Positions 31,571 through 35,054 of a stretch of 35,054 bases of DNA are shown piece by piece. The notes below the pieces were generated by a model. The model had not been told where the DNA came from. It was given only the letters and a program-made list of their open reading frames with translations, and did no database searches. Source of the stretch: Folioceros fuciformis (lineage: Eukaryota); contig JBNGIO010004918.1 of the NCBI GenBank assembly GCA_049999805.1, forward strand, positions 1 to 35,054, in the 5' to 3' direction. A program made the position numbers and the translations under genes. Position 1 is the stretch's first letter. Each line of letters opens with the position of its first letter.

Positions 31571-34261
31571 ATGGCTGCATGGAGCATCGCACTTCACTCG
31601 CACAGAGGGGGACAGTGCACGTCGTGCCAACAGCTCTTCTGGAACCCACAGAGGATAGTTCGTGGCATCACAGGTGTCGCAGGACAAGGGTACGATGTCC
31701 TCGCTTGGACGGGTCAAGAGCTAGGTGTCCAGCCAGGCCTTTTGGCTAAGCAATTCGTACAGGCCGGCTTTGTCAGGACTGCAGGATCTGGAAGGGGCGT
31801 AACCGCCGAAATTGCGAGCAGACTGTGTCGGCAGGGGCAGGTGTCACAATCTGTTGAGGCTCTGGGGGTTTTGGTGCGAATAGACTGTAGTATTCCACAG
31901 TCTCTCGTCTATGAAATCCTCAGAAGCTTTGGGGTTAATAAGGACCTGGTTCTGGGTCGCCGGGTCCATGCTCTTGCCGTGGAGACGGGCTTCGAGTCGG
32001 ACACGTTCCTGTGCAATCATTTTCTGCGAATGTACGCGTCGCATGGCATGTTGCAAGAAGCTATGGATGTGTTCACCATTGTTGGTGAACCAGATGCCTT
32101 CATGTGGTCTTCCATTATATCTGCGCACGTTCAGCAGGGACAGGCCAAGCAGGCCATAGAGCTCTATCACCAGATGTGCAGAACATCAAGTGTGAAGCCG
32201 GATAGGTATGTGTATGTTGCAGCACTACAGGCTTGCGCAAGGGGGCAAGACTTGAAAACCGGGCACCAGGTGCATGCTCATGTCTTGGCCAGTGGGGTTG
32301 AGACCGATGCATTTCTTTCTAATTGCTTGGTCTTCATGTATGCAAAGTGTGGCAGCTTCGGCGATGCCAAAAGATTATTTGAAGGCCTTCCATTCAAAGA
32401 TGTGGTCACATGGACCGCTCTGATAGGAGGATATTTCCAGCAGGGCAGGGGTCTGGACGCTCTTCGTCTTTATGCTGCTATGCAGGAAGACGGTATGGTT
32501 GCCCCTGATTCCGTGACATTTGTGTGCCTCCTGCAGGCGTGTGCAAGTGTTGGTGCCCAAGCTTTGGAGATAGGCAAGCAGCTTCACGCACAAATCAGCG
32601 AACGAGGCATTCAGCTGGATTTGGTTGTGGCCAACAGTTTGGTAGATATGTATGCAAAATGTGGAAGTCTTGAGGGTGCCCAGGGTGTGTTTGATGGACT
32701 GGGTCACAAAAACGTGATAACGTGGAATGCCATGCTAGCCGGATATTCCCAGCAGGGCCTGGGTGAGGAAGCTCTTCATTTATATGCTGCTATGCAAAAA
32801 GAAGGCATGGCACCCCCAGACTCTGTTACGTTTATTTGCCTCCTCAAGGCTTGCGCCAGTTTGGGACCCCCGGCTTTGCTGATAGGGAAGGAGCTTCATG
32901 CACAGATGGAGTGTGGAGGGCTTCAGGGTGATGTGGTCATGGGTTCCAGCCTGGTAAACATGTATGCCAAATGCGGCAGTCTAGAGGAGGCTCAAAGTGT
33001 GTTTGATGGACTTGGCGAAAAGGATCTGGTTACTTGGACAGCGCTGATGGCAGGATATTCCCATTGCGGCATGGGTCAGAAAGCCCTTGAGCTGTATAGT
33101 GCTATGCGAAATGAAAGCAGTGTAGCACCTGATTCTATGACGTTTGTGTGCCTACTTCAGGCATGTGCAAGTTTGGGTAACGCAGGCTTTGAGACAGGGA
33201 AGGAGCTGCATGCACAGATACGAGAACGGGGTCTGCAGTGTGATCGGGTGGTAGGCTGTAGCTTGGTAAATATGTATGCGAAATGTGGCAGTCTCGAGGA
33301 TGCCCAGGCCGTATTTGATGGCCTTGATCAAAAGGATGTGGTTACATGGAACGCCATGATAGCAGGGCATTCTCAGCAGGGCATGGGTCAGGAAGCCCTT
33401 CAGCTGTATAGTGCTATGCGAAGTGAAAGCAGTGCAGCACCAGATTCTGTGACATTCCTGTGCCTCCTTCAGGCATGTGCAAACGTGGCAGCTTTGCGCA
33501 TGGGAAGGCATCTTCATGTTCAGATTGAAGAACAAGGGCTTCAAGCTGATGTGTCGGTCGGCATCAGTTTGATAAACATGTATGCAAAGTCTGGTAGCAT
33601 GCTGGATGCACAGCAGGTATTTGATGGCCTCCTTCGAAAGGACATCGTGGCTTGGAATGCTCTGATTGCAGGATACACCCGTCATGGAGACAGTGACATG
33701 GTCTTCAGCCTTGTTCATCGAATGGGAGAGGCTGGCGTACAGCCAGACAGCATCACATTCGTCAGTGTGCTAACAGCCTGCAGTCATGCAGGTCTGGTGG
33801 ACACTGGGCGAGACCTCTTCGAGGCCATGAGCAGGCAGTATGGCATCCCTCCGAACGGAGATCACTATGCATGCATGGTGGATCTTCTGGGTCGTGCAGG
33901 CCAACTCGACGAGGCGATGGCAGTTGTGAGGGACATGCCTGTACTTCCCAACGCTGCAGTGTGGCACACTTTGTTGGGTGCATGTCAAAAATGGGGCAAC
34001 GTAGATGTGGGATGCCATGCCTTCGAAGAAGCCGTCAAGCTCGACGAGAAAGACGCTGCAGCGTATGTTTTGATGTCGAACATATATAGTAGCGCCCGGA
34101 TGTGGGAACAGGCACAGAGGACGCAGCGAAGGAGGTTAGAAATTGGAGCTTGGAAGGAACCAGGCCGGAGCTGGTGGACAGACTTGAGTGGACTAGTGCA
34201 TAGTTTTGTAGGCTGCGACATACGCATTTCGAAAGTAAAGGCATTTATCCAAATTTATTAG
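31571..34261 (+). CDS. PLS-class pentatricopeptide repeat protein (~20 PPR motifs, E1, E2, WW-type PG box, DYW domain absent); organellar RNA-editing factor type
   Basis: Intronless ORF with repeated P/L/S triplets (VVTW.A.I.GY, SVTFVCLLQACA, LV.MYAKCGSLE.A), P2-L2-S2 (VLTACSHAGLV, HYACMVDLLGRAG), E motifs, then KEPGRSWWTDLSGLVHSFVG and a stop 15 codons later. Confidence 0.94.
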   Translation: MAAWSIALHSHRGGQCTSCQQLFWNPQRIVRGITGVAGQGYDVLAWTGQELGVQPGLLAKQFVQAGFVRTAGSGRGVTAEIASRLCRQGQVSQSVEALGVLVRIDCSIPQSLVYEILRSFGVNKDLVLGRRVHALAVETGFESDTFLCNHFLRMYASHGMLQEAMDVFTIVGEPDAFMWSSIISAHVQQGQAKQAIELYHQMCRTSSVKPDRYVYVAALQACARGQDLKTGHQVHAHVLASGVETDAFLSNCLVFMYAKCGSFGDAKRLFEGLPFKDVVTWTALIGGYFQQGRGLDALRLYAAMQEDGMVAPDSVTFVCLLQACASVGAQALEIGKQLHAQISERGIQLDLVVANSLVDMYAKCGSLEGAQGVFDGLGHKNVITWNAMLAGYSQQGLGEEALHLYAAMQKEGMAPPDSVTFICLLKACASLGPPALLIGKELHAQMECGGLQGDVVMGSSLVNMYAKCGSLEEAQSVFDGLGEKDLVTWTALMAGYSHCGMGQKALELYSAMRNESSVAPDSMTFVCLLQACASLGNAGFETGKELHAQIRERGLQCDRVVGCSLVNMYAKCGSLEDAQAVFDGLDQKDVVTWNAMIAGHSQQGMGQEALQLYSAMRSESSAAPDSVTFLCLLQACANVAALRMGRHLHVQIEEQGLQADVSVGISLINMYAKSGSMLDAQQVFDGLLRKDIVAWNALIAGYTRHGDSDMVFSLVHRMGEAGVQPDSITFVSVLTACSHAGLVDTGRDLFEAMSRQYGIPPNGDHYACMVDLLGRAGQLDEAMAVVRDMPVLPNAAVWHTLLGACQKWGNVDVGCHAFEEAVKLDEKDAAAYVLMSNIYSSARMWEQAQRTQRRRLEIGAWKEPGRSWWTDLSGLVHSFVGCDIRISKVKAFIQIY

Positions 34262-35054
34262 ACATCGGATTAAGACAGTTATTTTCATTAAGTGAAGAGA
34301 TGACGGATGAAAAACAAACCTTGTACCAAGAACAACATGTCGGTTCGAGACAAGCTGTGACTGTCTAAATACATTGTAACCACACTATGCCTACCAAACA
34401 AGAGGTGGTTTAGGTGGATGAGGTACAAGTTCGCCTTGAAACTATTGTAGACAAGGCTTGGTCCTTTCTCCATTTGCCTTGTAACCATCATGGCAAGGCT
34501 TGGTCCCTTCCCATTTATCTTGTAACTATATCTTCCAAAAAGACTTGGAAGAGGTACAAAGGTATAGACAAGACACTCTATCGAAAAGACTTGGAAAAGG
34601 TGTGGCGAGGTTCCTATAGGACACACTTGGAAAAGGTGTGGAGCTTGGAAAAGGTGTGGTAGGACATGCTTGGAAAAGGTGTGACACTTGGAAAAGGTGT
34701 GGCGACGACACGCCAGCCAAAAGGACTTGATCGCCTAGACAAGGTAGGGTACAAAGAAGCATAGACAAGGCAAGTTTGCAAAAAAGGCTTGGTTGCCCTA
34801 GAAAAGGTACAAAAGGCACAGAAAAGATAAATCTGCTTAAAGGACTTGGTAGCCCAAAAGAGGTATAAGAGGTACTAACAATGTAAGTCTACCAAAAGGA
34901 TGTTGCCTCAAAAGAGGTACAAACAAGGCATGACTTTGGAAAAGATTTGGTCACTCTAGAAGAGATACAAAGAGGCATAGATAAGGCAAGTCCGCCAAAA
35001 TGATTTGGTCGCCTCTATAGAGGTAGAGATACCCACAAGACATGTTTCCCAAAA
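34214..35054. repeat. Internally repetitive, probably transposon/LTR-derived sequence running off the window end
   Basis: cttggaaaaggtgtg at 34590, 34626, 34644, 34669 and 34687, plus repeated caaggcttggt, gaggtacaaa and gcataga.aaggcaagt motifs; no credible protein. Confidence 0.6.

Noticed and set aside
34590-34702. Repeat-spacer-like array of cttggaaaaggtgtg as a CRISPR array
   Set aside because: The repeat is only 15-16 bp, the gaps are 3-21 nt and irregular, there are no cas genes, and the context is eukaryotic.

Overview
Eukaryotic nuclear DNA from a compact non-seed land-plant genome. A hornwort is most likely, inferred from ~80-100 nt GT-AG introns, a plastid murD gene and a PLS-PPR ending in the WW-type KEPGRSWWTD box. 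Host genes are an intronless UDP-glucose pyrophosphorylase, a 13-exon plastid murD, a 3-exon plastid rbfA, an uncharacterised ~17-exon coiled-coil gene, AUGMIN subunit 6 and a PLS-E PPR editing-factor gene whose DYW domain is cut short. murD and rbfA are separated by a ~1.2 kb tandem duplication of their shared tail-to-tail junction that has decayed reciprocally. The 11.5-25.4 kb interval is a nested mobile block. A decayed plus-strand gene with an AP2-like C-terminus appears split by an ~11.1 kb TIR-less insertion flanked by an 11-bp direct repeat. That insertion carries a decayed beta-class N4-cytosine/N6-adenine DNA methyltransferase (absent from the ORF track) and a decayed Cys-motif transposase-like gene. 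It is itself interrupted by a 1-kb TIR-bounded piece and by a young but defective Ty1/Copia element. The methyltransferase-carrying element is the best candidate for a little-described system. All family calls come from motif recognition by eye, with no database searches.
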